Made by a program: the position numbers and the translations under genes. From contig JBBSVT010000074.1 of NCBI GenBank assembly GCA_038046685.1, forward strand, positions 389-64,388: a DNA stretch of 64,000 nt, written 5' to 3'. Position 1 is the stretch's first letter. Every line of letters starts with the position of its first letter. Origin of the DNA: Nanobdellota archaeon (GTDB taxonomy: Archaea > Nanobdellota > Nanobdellia > Woesearchaeales > GW2011-AR4). The notes below the pieces were generated by a model. The model saw only the letters and a program-made list of their open reading frames with translations. It was not told the origin of the DNA and made no database searches. Shown piece by piece: positions 29,710 through 39,212 of this stretch.

Positions 29710-30114
29710 ATGGAAGAAGACTTAATAAAAATAACGCCGAATAAGGAAAAAGCGCACTCTATTTTTAAAATGGTAGAGATAACTCTTGAAATGATAAAGC
29801 AAATAGACAAAAGCAAATTCCCATCAAATATCACAAAAGAATATTATGAAGTAGTAAGGGAGTTGATAAGTATAATTCTGTTGCTGGATGGATACAAAAC
29901 AATGGGTGAAGGAGCACACAAAAGGCAGATAGAGTATTTGGAGGCAAACTATAAAGACTTTAGTAAACATGAGACTGCTTTCATAGATGATTTGAGAGTG
30001 ACAAGGAATTAAATAGCATATGACGGCTTCTTTGTTAAAGAAAGTTATATTGAAAGAAAACTGGTAGATATTCAAAGTATTATAAAAAAAATTGAAAGAG
30101 ATTGTAAAAAATAA
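29710..30114 (+). pseudogene. HEPN-like partner of the MNT, interrupted by an in-frame TAA (30010-30012)
   Basis: Starts 2 nt after the MNT stop; ...DDLRVTRN*IAYDGFF...ERDCKK continues in frame to 30114; total ~134 aa fits a HEPN domain. Confidence 0.45.
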
Positions 30115-30157
30115 GTTGAATTAATTTTTCGCACCAAGAGATTATCGGAACAGCGTT

Positions 30158-31159
30158 TTACTGTAAACTTAATATTTTTTCAAGAAGAGGAAATTCCCTA
30201 TAGGCTTGGTTGTAAGTGCCAGAACCAAAATGACCTTGGGCGTGAAGGATAGTAAGTACTCCACCTATCTTATCAAACATATATTTTCCCTCTTCAGCAT
30301 TACAACCCCAAGGGTCATCATCGGAATTGATGAAAATTATTTGCCCCACGTGATACCTGATTTTAACCCAGTCATATTCCTCTTGTAATAAATTTAGTAG
30401 TGGGCTACCTTCGTAACGTCTTGCAATACCTGCAACTAAAACTGCCATGTGGATTTTAACATTAATATTTTGTAAAATGCTCAATGTCAAGGGGCAACCT
30501 GCAGAATGGGCAATAATTGTTGTATGTTCGCTAAATCTTCCATTTTGGAGCACAAACGGTAATTGTATGTTTAAATAAGGCGGTTGATTAAGGTCTGGAA
30601 GTTGTGGTGCCCATACTACATACTTATTACTTTCAAGAAATCTTTTAATGCTTGGAAACCAATAAGAGTCAGGTGTTTCAAAACTTCCATGAAGCATTAT
30701 AGCATTTTTCTTTCCTAATGCTTGAAAAAGATGCCACTTGTTTTCTCGGTAGATAGAGGTTATTCCCAAAAAAACTTCCTGGGTAATTGTAAACACATAG
30801 TTGATAAAAAATTCTGATGCACTGATAAATTGGCTAAAAATTTGCAAAAATGGTAACAGATATTGGTAAGAGCTCAATTTAAGATGTATCTGCTTGTCTC
30901 TTTTAATTTTTAGAATAGACTCGTCAAAGCGATATAAAACATAGTCAATTCCTTTATTATCCTCTTCACTAAGTAGCTTTAAAAGTTTATGAAATCTGGA
31001 ATAATGAGATTCATAATACAAGAAAGTTCGTAACAGGATTCTTGTGGGCAAGTCATTTTGCGCTAATTGAGCCAGTTTCTTTAGTTCACCTAGTGACTCC
31101 AATAACCTTTGGTAAGCATCGCTAAAATCTCTAATGACCGTAAATTTTTCCTCATTCAT
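30158..31159 (-). CDS. predicted alpha/beta hydrolase (YdeN/Ser_hydrolase-like C-terminal domain)
   Basis: IIAHSAGCPL nucleophile-elbow-like motif and a downstream His. Confidence 0.45.
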   Translation of the reverse strand: MNEEKFTVIRDFSDAYQRLLESLGELKKLAQLAQNDLPTRILLRTFLYYESHYSRFHKLLKLLSEEDNKGIDYVLYRFDESILKIKRDKQIHLKLSSYQYLLPFLQIFSQFISASEFFINYVFTITQEVFLGITSIYRENKWHLFQALGKKNAIMLHGSFETPDSYWFPSIKRFLESNKYVVWAPQLPDLNQPPYLNIQLPFVLQNGRFSEHTTIIAHSAGCPLTLSILQNINVKIHMAVLVAGIARRYEGSPLLNLLQEEYDWVKIRYHVGQIIFINSDDDPWGCNAEEGKYMFDKIGGVLTILHAQGHFGSGTYNQAYREFPLLEKILSLQ

Positions 31160-31238
31160 TTATCTCACTCTAAGATTAGCGACAGTACCTGTTTTCATAT
31201 TTTTTGTGTTTCTACTTACAACAAAAACCAAAATCATC

Positions 31239-32030
31239 TTATTCTGTTGTTTTGCTTAATCTAAAAATCATGTACGAGCCTAAAAGGAAAAGTGGAATGC
31301 TCAGAAGCTGCCCCATTGTGAAATAATGAAATATTAATCCAATCTGCTCATCCGGTTGCCTGAAGAACTCTACCATAGTCCTAAACAATCCATACAAGGC
31401 TACAAAACTCCAGAACATAAAGCCCCTAGGCAATTTCTTGTCCTTGATAAGCCACAAGGCAGCAAAAACTGCAAGATTCTTAATGGATTCATAAATCTGG
31501 GAAGGATGTCTGCAGCCACTGGGCAAATTTTGCACAAATTGATTTTTTGAGTAGTCTATGCACCAGCTTAAATCAGTTACTCTTCCATAAAGCTCAGCAT
31601 TCATGAAATTGCCGAGCCTTCCCAGAGCCAATGCCAGAGCGACAGGAACAACTGCTATGTCTGCCAAATCATAAAATTCTATTTTCTTTCTCCTGCAAAA
31701 CAAAAAACCAGAGGCTATTGCGCCTATCAAACCCCCATGAAAGCTTAAGCCGCCATGCCAGACTGCAAATATTTCCAGAGGATTTTGAAGATAATAGAGC
31801 GGGTTGTAAAAAATAACATAAATAAGTCTTGCGCCCAAAACAATTCCAAAAATCTCATAAACCAATAAATCTGAAGCATCATCTTTTGTTATGCCTAATC
31901 CCTTTCTTTTTGCAAGATAAGCAATTAAAAAATAGGCGATTATGAAACCGAAAGCATAAAATAAGCCATAGTACCTAATTTGAAAAGGGCCGAGTTCAAG
32001 CAATACCGGATTTAGATTGTGATAAAACAT
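31239..32030 (-). CDS. lgt: prolipoprotein diacylglyceryl transferase (bacterial type)
   Basis: GGLSFHGGLIG, GRLGNFMNAELYG, HPSQIYES, EFFRQPD match the Lgt signature; length and TM pattern fit. Confidence 0.85.
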   Translation of the reverse strand: MFYHNLNPVLLELGPFQIRYYGLFYAFGFIIAYFLIAYLAKRKGLGITKDDASDLLVYEIFGIVLGARLIYVIFYNPLYYLQNPLEIFAVWHGGLSFHGGLIGAIASGFLFCRRKKIEFYDLADIAVVPVALALALGRLGNFMNAELYGRVTDLSWCIDYSKNQFVQNLPSGCRHPSQIYESIKNLAVFAALWLIKDKKLPRGFMFWSFVALYGLFRTMVEFFRQPDEQIGLIFHYFTMGQLLSIPLFLLGSYMIFRLSKTTE

Positions 32031-32046
32031 TTTATTGATTAATAGG

Positions 32047-32880
32047 CTAATGAATCTTTTGCATATCCTCTCTTATCAATTCATAAAATGAAATCCTGTT
32101 GATTAAGATTATCCAATATAAGACGAAATCAAAAGCAATAATAGCTATTTGTTTGAAATAAGCATAGGCAATTAGATAATTGCCATAATTTTTGGAAGTA
32201 GCCATTCGTAATAAATACCCGCTGCCAAAGAATAAAAGCAGCAAGAGCAAAGCCGACAAAATCATTACAAGAATTGTTTCTCTGTATAACCTTATTCCTG
32301 TAAATGCCAGCTTAAAACTATCCTTGACGGATTGTTTTATTGAAGCCCCTTCATAAAATAGCGAATGTGATGCGTTAGTAATGATATAAAGAAGCAATAA
32401 GTATGGAATTGCCAAAAAAATAAAAGTGTATGGGGCATATTCCTGCTTTATGCTTTCCAATATAAAGCTAGCCATCAGCAATATTCCAAGGAATATGCCA
32501 CCTATTATGATGTTTAATATATAAAACTGCCCAAGCCGTCTAAATGTAAATTCTGTTTTATGGAATAGTGATTTTATAAAATCCAGCAGGCAATATTTAA
32601 AGAAAGAGTAGGAAAATAGGATTAGCAAATAATAAGCCAAGACAAATATAAGCATTATAATGACCCAAGCCCGCGTACTTGGCTGCCCAGGAATTGTCCC
32701 TAAATAACTTCCTAAAGTCTTGAAACCAAAAAGAGAAAGGATAAACATTGCATCAAACAAAATCATCAAGCCAGTTTTACCGGGGTTTGATTTTGCAAGC
32801 TTAAGGCTTTTAATGAACAACCATTCTTTATTTGGATCCGCTTTGTGAACTATATTTTTTGGCTTCATCCGGGAAAACAA
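32047..32880 (-). CDS. polytopic membrane protein
   Basis: 277-aa hydrophobic ORF. Confidence 0.45.
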   Translation of the reverse strand: MFSRMKPKNIVHKADPNKEWLFIKSLKLAKSNPGKTGLMILFDAMFILSLFGFKTLGSYLGTIPGQPSTRAWVIIMLIFVLAYYLLILFSYSFFKYCLLDFIKSLFHKTEFTFRRLGQFYILNIIIGGIFLGILLMASFILESIKQEYAPYTFIFLAIPYLLLLYIITNASHSLFYEGASIKQSVKDSFKLAFTGIRLYRETILVMILSALLLLLLFFGSGYLLRMATSKNYGNYLIAYAYFKQIAIIAFDFVLYWIILINRISFYELIREDMQKIH

Positions 32881-32902
32881 AGCAGAGTAGTATATAAAGG
32901 TT

Positions 32903-33595
32903 TTATTTTTTGTATTTTGTGGTTTTTATTAGCTGGTCTTTTTTCTTGAGCTCTGCCATTCGTTTTTCTGCAATTTTAAGCAATTCTTTTGTCACTTTTT
33001 TAGGAATATCAATCCTGTAATTTTCCATTAATTCAGTAAAAAAATCGTAAAGTAGTAGTGGAAAAGCTGCGATACCAATCTTAATTTGCATAGAAGTTTC
33101 ATTTAAGATAATGCCCCAATTGACATTAAATTTTTTAATTAGTTCAGCAGCATCATCCCTGTCTTTTTCTCTTTCAGTGCATGATTTCATCATCAAAATA
33201 TCTTCGGGACTTGCTGTTTTTACCAAGAAATTTCCAAATTCGTGGATTTCTTTTATTCTTTTAAGAGTTTCTAAATGGATTTTAAACCCTATAACTTCGT
33301 TCAAAAAAAGATCAAACCTCGTATCCATTCCGTCCATAATAGTTGGCTTGACTTCCGCATCTTCCCTGAATATATTTCTTATATTCCTTCTTTCATCGAA
33401 TCCTGCATTAACAAGAACTTTTTTAACATCCTCTAAATCTTCTTTTTTTAAAAAAACCAAGTCAACATCTTTTGTTGTTATTTTAGCTCCGTAAAACATC
33501 ATTGCAGAGCCACCTATTGCCACACATTCCACTTTATTTTTTAACTGGCTGCCAATTATCTTAAAAAGTCCTATTTGTTCTTCAAGGTTTATCAT
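32903..33595 (-). CDS. AbiEii-like nucleotidyltransferase (putative type IV TA/Abi toxin)
   Basis: VAIGGSAMMFYGAKITTKDVDLVF NTase motif; 4-nt overlap with the upstream HTH gene. Confidence 0.5.
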   Translation of the reverse strand: MINLEEQIGLFKIIGSQLKNKVECVAIGGSAMMFYGAKITTKDVDLVFLKKEDLEDVKKVLVNAGFDERRNIRNIFREDAEVKPTIMDGMDTRFDLFLNEVIGFKIHLETLKRIKEIHEFGNFLVKTASPEDILMMKSCTEREKDRDDAAELIKKFNVNWGIILNETSMQIKIGIAAFPLLLYDFFTELMENYRIDIPKKVTKELLKIAEKRMAELKKKDQLIKTTKYKK

Positions 33596-34218
33596 TCTTT
33601 ATAAGCCTTTAAGTCTGCTTTGTTGAAAGGCAAGTGCACTTTCCATTCTTTTTCTATGTGTTTTAAGTCTTTTGTTTTTATATGTTTCACTATCTCTTTA
33701 TCTTTTACTTGGCTGTTCAGCAGAGCCTTTCTTGTTCTTTCATCCATGTGTTTGACTCTTATGATGCTTCTTGCAGTATCATATAATGCGCCTACTTTTC
33801 TGCCGACTAACTCTTGCGTTGCAAGTTGGCTCAGCCTTTGCCAATTTGTTACCCTGTTAAACAATGCTAATGATGACAGTATTGTCCTTAAGTCGCCTGT
33901 TTTAACCGATTTAACAATCATCTCTTCTGCAGTTGGCTTATGGTCATAAATTCTTTCAGCATATGGCGGATAAATTTTTATCTTGGAATGCTGGTTCAAA
34001 TATTCATAAAGTCCATTGTATCCAAGCTTTTTCACAATTAATGGAGCTATCTTGTACATTCTTATCTTTCTTTTTCCATACTTTGTTTCTACAAAGCCCT
34101 CTTTTCTTAGATTCCAAATGCGGTTAATGGCGGTTCTTCTATTTATGTTGAGGACCCTTGATACGCTATTAACCGTTTGCAATCCTTCAAGTTTCTTGGC
34201 AAGTTCAATTGAATCCAT
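33592..34218 (-). CDS. AbiEi-like HTH transcriptional regulator / antitoxin
   Basis: N-terminal wHTH (SVSRVLNINRRTAINRIWNLRKEG); operonic with the NTase. Confidence 0.45.
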   Translation of the reverse strand: MDSIELAKKLEGLQTVNSVSRVLNINRRTAINRIWNLRKEGFVETKYGKRKIRMYKIAPLIVKKLGYNGLYEYLNQHSKIKIYPPYAERIYDHKPTAEEMIVKSVKTGDLRTILSSLALFNRVTNWQRLSQLATQELVGRKVGALYDTARSIIRVKHMDERTRKALLNSQVKDKEIVKHIKTKDLKHIEKEWKVHLPFNKADLKAYKE

Positions 34219-34365
34219 CTTACATCACTTAATTCAGTAAATTTTAATGATGTGAAAGAACTAATATTTAAAGTTTTCTATACTTAATCTCAAAAATAGG
34301 CAAAAACAAATTGCTGATAGAGATTATAACATGAAAATTTTCCAAACGTAATGATTTTAATCTAT

Positions 34366-36552
34366 TCAGCGAAAGCAATCAGCTATTCCATCTTTTAAAT
34401 TGTCTATGGTTATGGACTCATTTCTAAAATACTCTTGAAGTTTAGCAAAAATTCTTGTGTATAACTGCTGTAGATGTTTGTCACCAACTCTATCAGGATG
34501 AAATATTTTTGCTAATAGCCTGTAACTGAGAATGCTAATCCCATATTCTCTTTGCGTTTGTAATCTTTCTCGCTTTTCCTTATTCGCACTTGCCATCTCC
34601 AAAAATCTTTGCCTTATTGAAGGATGAGCATTCAAAGTTTCTAAAATAGGTTGCAAAATATCATGAATTAGAAGAAAAAAATTCTCGCTACCTCCAACAC
34701 AACCACTACTTGAAATTTCCCTTAGAAAATGCGCAAATTCATTAATACTTACGCTGTGGTTTCTGACATAGCGGCTTTTTATTTCTTCCCATTGTTGTTG
34801 TTTTTGCCTTAGTTCTGCAGAAGGTTGTACTGGTTCTGCCCCATCTGTTGCCTCTCTGTCTTCAGCCCCAGCTCCTGGCTGTGCTCTTCCTCTTGTACCC
34901 CCTTCACCAGCTCTTGACTTAGCTCTTTCGCTTGCTATTCTATGTTTCTCTTCGGCAATTTTTGTAAGTTCTAGAAGAATACGTAAACGAGGTTTAAAAG
35001 ATTCAAAATGTTCTATAACCGAATCGTTTTGCAAGAAATAATCCAACTCAGTCCAGTTGAAATCGATTAACAATTGAGCATACACCGATAATTCATTTCC
35101 TTGATCTACATTCAAAATATTTTGCCCTTCTCCCTGAACTAGATGTTTATTTACTTCATCAAATGGCAATGGTTCGCTCCTTAACATTGTAAACAAACTA
35201 TCAAAAAAAGAGACTATGCTCCGAGATTCTGCACTTTCTTCACCACCAACTCCTGCACCTCTTGTTTTTCTGATCAATTGTTCAGCTAATCTTCCCAATA
35301 GCGCAATTTGCTTTTCAATCTTTTCGGTTAGAGCTTTAATAATCAAATTTTCTATTTTATGATAGTAACTTAATTTTCTTGTATCTTCTATCTCTTTCTT
35401 ATATTTGCCCTTCACAAGCTCCCCTATATATTTTATCTCCAATAATGCTTCTATTTCTTTGGCTAAAATTTCTTCATGCTTTAATGCGTCAAAGCAAATA
35501 AAAATCAGATGAATTATACCGATTTTTCTTAGATCGTTTATTGTTGCACGGTCGATTCTTCTTATCTCATCTACAACTATTGATGTATACATTAAATTAT
35601 TATATTCCTCTTCATGCTGGCTTGTATTCTTATGTTGTTTGCAAAGCTTAAATATTATTAAGAAATCTCGCTCTATTTCTCTTAATTCCACAAGATACTT
35701 ATTTAAAGTTCTTTCTAATTTAACAAATCTTTCAAAAAGGTCGTGTTCACTTCTAATATCGTCAATAGCCGGATCTGTATAGAGATTAGGTGGCGATTTG
35801 CTGAACTCCTCAAAAATAGCCTGTTCTACATCTCCGGCCTCGAGTATTGCCTTTTTTTCCTTGTTGGTGGCATTTATTTCATCTATTGCTCTTTTTTTTT
35901 CCGCTTTTAACTTATCTATGTGGCCAATAATCTCCTCAACTTTCATTGGCTCCTTTTTTTTCCTTTTTTTCAATCTTCTACGCACAAAAAATCCGCCGGC
36001 AATTAATATTAAAATGCCAATGGCAATCAAAATTTTAACCCATGGCAAGCCTTCTGTTGTCCTGGAAATCCATGAAGGAGCAGGTGCTGAAGAGGGCGTA
36101 GTTGGTTGTGTTATTTCAGGAGAAGGGGCTGTAGGAAATCCTTCAGGAGAAATTCCCCCAGGAGTCGAAGATGGTGTTGCTTTAGGGGAGGGAGTTGTTA
36201 CAGAAGGTTTTGGTTCAGCTGGTGTTGGCGGAGTGACTTGCTTAGCTTCGATATCAATGGGGGATTTGACTGATATAGGGGCAAACAAGTCTTGGGCGTA
36301 AGAAGATACATCTGGAGGGCTTTTAACTTCAGGAAACTGAATGCCTTTAAATGTTTCTGTGATTGAGCTCAAGAACCCAGTGGCGGGAGCTTTCACATCT
36401 GGAAGCGTAAGACTATCAAAAAGGATTTTGAATATGATTATGGTCAGCACAGTCAATACCAAAGCCAATGTGAAGCGCCAAAATTTGTTTTTGATTCCTA
36501 TCATCCTAATAACCACCACCAAAACCAAAATATCAGGAAGTAAAATACCCAA
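34366..36552 (-). CDS. membrane protein with Pro/Thr-rich linker and C-terminal J-domain-like (HPD) region
   Basis: TM helices; linker PTPAEPKPSVTTPSPKATPSSTPGG...; C-terminal YGISILSYRLLAKIFHPDRVGDKHLQQLYTRIFAKLQEYF resembles a DnaJ J-domain. Confidence 0.5.
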   Translation of the reverse strand: MGILLPDILVLVVVIRMIGIKNKFWRFTLALVLTVLTIIIFKILFDSLTLPDVKAPATGFLSSITETFKGIQFPEVKSPPDVSSYAQDLFAPISVKSPIDIEAKQVTPPTPAEPKPSVTTPSPKATPSSTPGGISPEGFPTAPSPEITQPTTPSSAPAPSWISRTTEGLPWVKILIAIGILILIAGGFFVRRRLKKRKKKEPMKVEEIIGHIDKLKAEKKRAIDEINATNKEKKAILEAGDVEQAIFEEFSKSPPNLYTDPAIDDIRSEHDLFERFVKLERTLNKYLVELREIERDFLIIFKLCKQHKNTSQHEEEYNNLMYTSIVVDEIRRIDRATINDLRKIGIIHLIFICFDALKHEEILAKEIEALLEIKYIGELVKGKYKKEIEDTRKLSYYHKIENLIIKALTEKIEKQIALLGRLAEQLIRKTRGAGVGGEESAESRSIVSFFDSLFTMLRSEPLPFDEVNKHLVQGEGQNILNVDQGNELSVYAQLLIDFNWTELDYFLQNDSVIEHFESFKPRLRILLELTKIAEEKHRIASERAKSRAGEGGTRGRAQPGAGAEDREATDGAEPVQPSAELRQKQQQWEEIKSRYVRNHSVSINEFAHFLREISSSGCVGGSENFFLLIHDILQPILETLNAHPSIRQRFLEMASANKEKRERLQTQREYGISILSYRLLAKIFHPDRVGDKHLQQLYTRIFAKLQEYFRNESITIDNLKDGIADCFR

Positions 36553-36890
36553 TGGATGAAAGGTAAGAATATAGTAACAGAAAAACCAGCTGCAACAAGC
36601 AGGAATGCTGTCATTGAACCGAGAGAAATAGCCATAATGCGTTCTGGCCTGTGCACTTCCTTGAATGAGTATCTGACTCCAATCATATAAATTATTATGA
36701 AAATCAATGCAAAGAAGAAAAAGTCTATGGTCTTTGAATAGGCCACATACTCCTCATTTTCAAAGAAATCGTTTATCTGGATTAAACCACCTAGGAAGGC
36801 ATCTGTCAAAGGTTTGGCATGCGCAATACCAGAAAGCAAAGCGAATACTAAAATTGTTGCAAATATTATTTTTATATTTGTTGTTTTCAT
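36501..36890 (-). CDS. secreted/membrane protein, tandem paralog 1
   Basis: Signal peptide; conserved block INDFFENEEYVAYSKTIDFFFFALIFIIIYMIGVRYSFKE shared with the neighbour. Confidence 0.5.
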   Translation of the reverse strand: MKTTNIKIIFATILVFALLSGIAHAKPLTDAFLGGLIQINDFFENEEYVAYSKTIDFFFFALIFIIIYMIGVRYSFKEVHRPERIMAISLGSMTAFLLVAAGFSVTIFLPFIHWVFYFLIFWFWWWLLG

Positions 36891-36892
36891 GT

Positions 36893-37399
36893 TTATCCAA
36901 AATCTTCGGGAGCTAAACTTTCAAACAGCCCTTCAATCAAAAAAATCGCTATAAATGTAAAAAACAACGCTAAGACAAAGCGCAGGAATTTGCTTTCCAC
37001 ACCTTTAAACATAAGCCAAAACAAAAGAAAGATTAAGAGGTAGAGCAGAAGCGGGACATAAGGTATAAGAGATAGTAATGAGTAATCTTTCGACACCATC
37101 AAGAAAGCGCTCATTATTCCGAGCACAACTGCAATAGCCTTCTCAGGCTTATTAGCTTCTTTGAAAGCATACCTGACGCCTATAAGATAAATTGATATAA
37201 ACAGCAATGCAAAGAAGAAAAAGTCAATAGTTTTTGCATATGCCCCATATTGCTCTTTTTCAAAGAAATCATTGATTTGCATCAAGCCATTAGCGAAAGT
37301 ATCCGAAAAAGCATCCGAATGGGCCGCTGTTGAAAGCAATGATATTAGTGTAACTATCAAAATTCCCGCTTTAGTTAATTTTTTGTTTATCAGTTTCAT
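36893..37399 (-). CDS. secreted/membrane protein, tandem paralog 2
   Basis: INDFFEKEQYGAYAKTIDFFFFALLFISIYLIGVRYAFKE. Confidence 0.5.
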   Translation of the reverse strand: MKLINKKLTKAGILIVTLISLLSTAAHSDAFSDTFANGLMQINDFFEKEQYGAYAKTIDFFFFALLFISIYLIGVRYAFKEANKPEKAIAVVLGIMSAFLMVSKDYSLLSLIPYVPLLLYLLIFLLFWLMFKGVESKFLRFVLALFFTFIAIFLIEGLFESLAPEDFG

Positions 37400-37633
37400 C
37401 TTGAGATATTTAAATATAAAAGGAACAATTTAAGTTTTCTGATGAAGAGTGTTTTCTATCTGGTACATACAGCGAAAGATATTGGTTATGGAAAAAAAAC
37501 GAAAACCTTTTATAATCAAGATTGTTAGCCCTTATTGTGATGGGTGCTACGCTGATTGTGAGAAAGCATATGCTAGGCTCGCTGTAGGTGTATATTACGT
37601 TGCTGTGCAACGTCCCTTGATTATTACTTTTTT

Positions 37634-38071
37634 TCATAGCAAACTTTCAACCTCCTTTTTAGTTACGATTTTATTTGGAGCTAACTTTCCAGTAAAGGTT
37701 TGATATGCAATTCTATGGGCATTTGAATTCTTGCCAATTCTGGAAAATATAATTAAATTTTTGTCAAAATCAAAATATTCTTTCCTTATGAATCCTAGAA
37801 GATGTTTCTTAATGTCTGCTTCCCTTCTTTCATATTCTACATCTATAACTATCAATTGTATCCTATGAAGGTGATTTCTTATACAGTAAAAAATCAAAAT
37901 GGCAAATAATCTGTAATGGATATCTACGTGCTTGTTTCTGTATTCTGTTAAAATTTCCACTTTTATTTTTTTCTTCAGCAAAACTGAGTATTGCTCATCG
38001 TTCCTAAAAGCTACAACTGAATCTATATCAGTTTGTTCTATTTTTCCACTTTGGTCAACTTCAATTTTCAA
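37634..38071 (-). CDS. hypothetical protein
   Basis: 145-aa ORF. Confidence 0.35.
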   Translation of the reverse strand: MKIEVDQSGKIEQTDIDSVVAFRNDEQYSVLLKKKIKVEILTEYRNKHVDIHYRLFAILIFYCIRNHLHRIQLIVIDVEYERREADIKKHLLGFIRKEYFDFDKNLIIFSRIGKNSNAHRIAYQTFTGKLAPNKIVTKKEVESLL

Positions 38072-38072
38072 C

Positions 38073-38594
38073 TTAAAACCTCGAAATGCAGTTTTTTATT
38101 ATTTCAACCAGCTTTTCCTCTCCGAACAAAACAGCGCCATTTTTCAGAATCTGAATAGCTTGAGAATCCTTTTTTCTCAACAAATCAATAATTTCATCTT
38201 CTGATTTAAGGATGACATCAATATTTGGGGTTATTGCATCAGGAAATGCCCCATTGTCAGTTATCAGAAGCAAACTTTTTTTATCAAGAATGGCAGCTTT
38301 GGCTTGTTTTAAATTCCCAATATTTGCTGTTTCAGTTTTTTCTTCAGAGTAAAGCAGGACAATTTTAGCCAAATGCTCAGCTATTCTGTTTTCAAAATTG
38401 ATTGAATAAAACAGGCCGGTTCCAAGTTTTTGTCCGGCAACGATGTTCTGTTTTTCCAGCTTTTTAAGAATGTTGAAAACTCCCGCCGGGCTAAAGCTAA
38501 GCCTATGCGCAATATTCCTAATAGTAAGCTTTTCAGTGAAATTCCTGACTAAAAAATTCAATACGCTAAATTCGTTGTCCGATAAAGAGAGCAT
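38073..38594 (-). CDS. winged-helix transcriptional regulator
   Basis: FSVLNFLVRNFTEKLTIRNIAHRLSFSPAGVFNILKKLEKQNIV is a wHTH. Confidence 0.5.
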   Translation of the reverse strand: MLSLSDNEFSVLNFLVRNFTEKLTIRNIAHRLSFSPAGVFNILKKLEKQNIVAGQKLGTGLFYSINFENRIAEHLAKIVLLYSEEKTETANIGNLKQAKAAILDKKSLLLITDNGAFPDAITPNIDVILKSEDEIIDLLRKKDSQAIQILKNGAVLFGEEKLVEIIKNCISRF

Positions 38595-38791
38595 TGTTTG
38601 TTTTTTATAAATAATTATTTATTATTTAAATATAATTAATTATTTTTTATAATTTATTAATTGTTTTTTACTAATAATTACTTTTTTTTTATATATTATT
38701 ATATATTTATTAAGAACTAATATTCATTATTTTTAAATGTTTTGGTTTTTGAGAAAGGAAAAGTTTTATGCCTTAATGAGTCCATTAATTA

Positions 38792-39034
38792 ATGGATATG
38801 ATAAAGAAAATATCCAAAGGGTACCGCATAACGATTCCCGCAGAAATAAGGAAGCAATTTGATTTAACCATAGGCACACCCATAGATATAGAAGTTAAAA
38901 AAGAAGAAATAATAATAAAACCATTTAATGCCAAAAAAGAAATGGAGAGGCTTTTCGAAGAAGCAGATAAACTGCCTATGCATAATTTGAGTCCAGAAGA
39001 TTTAGAAAAAATGGAAGAGGAAATATATGAATAA
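38792..39034 (+). CDS. AbrB/SpoVT-domain protein (orphan antitoxin-like)
   Basis: KGYRITIPAEIRKQFDLTIGTPIDIEV. Confidence 0.6.
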   Translation: MDMIKKISKGYRITIPAEIRKQFDLTIGTPIDIEVKKEEIIIKPFNAKKEMERLFEEADKLPMHNLSPEDLEKMEEEIYE

Positions 39035-39212
39035 ATTTATTGACTCAAATGATATAATATTTACGTTCACTAACAGCAGTCAAAAGCACAGATGCAGAAA
39101 AATTTTAATTGAAGAAAATATTACTATGACAAGCATTTTGATAAGCTTGAAATAAAAAGGGTTGAGCCGTAGAGATGCTCTACTTTTTGTTTAAGGTCTT
39201 TTTTGTTTCAGA

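Noticed and set aside
35798-36301. 167-aa plus-strand ORF within the J-domain membrane protein gene
   Set aside because: It is antisense to the Pro/Thr-rich linker region, and the open frame is explained by biased codon composition.
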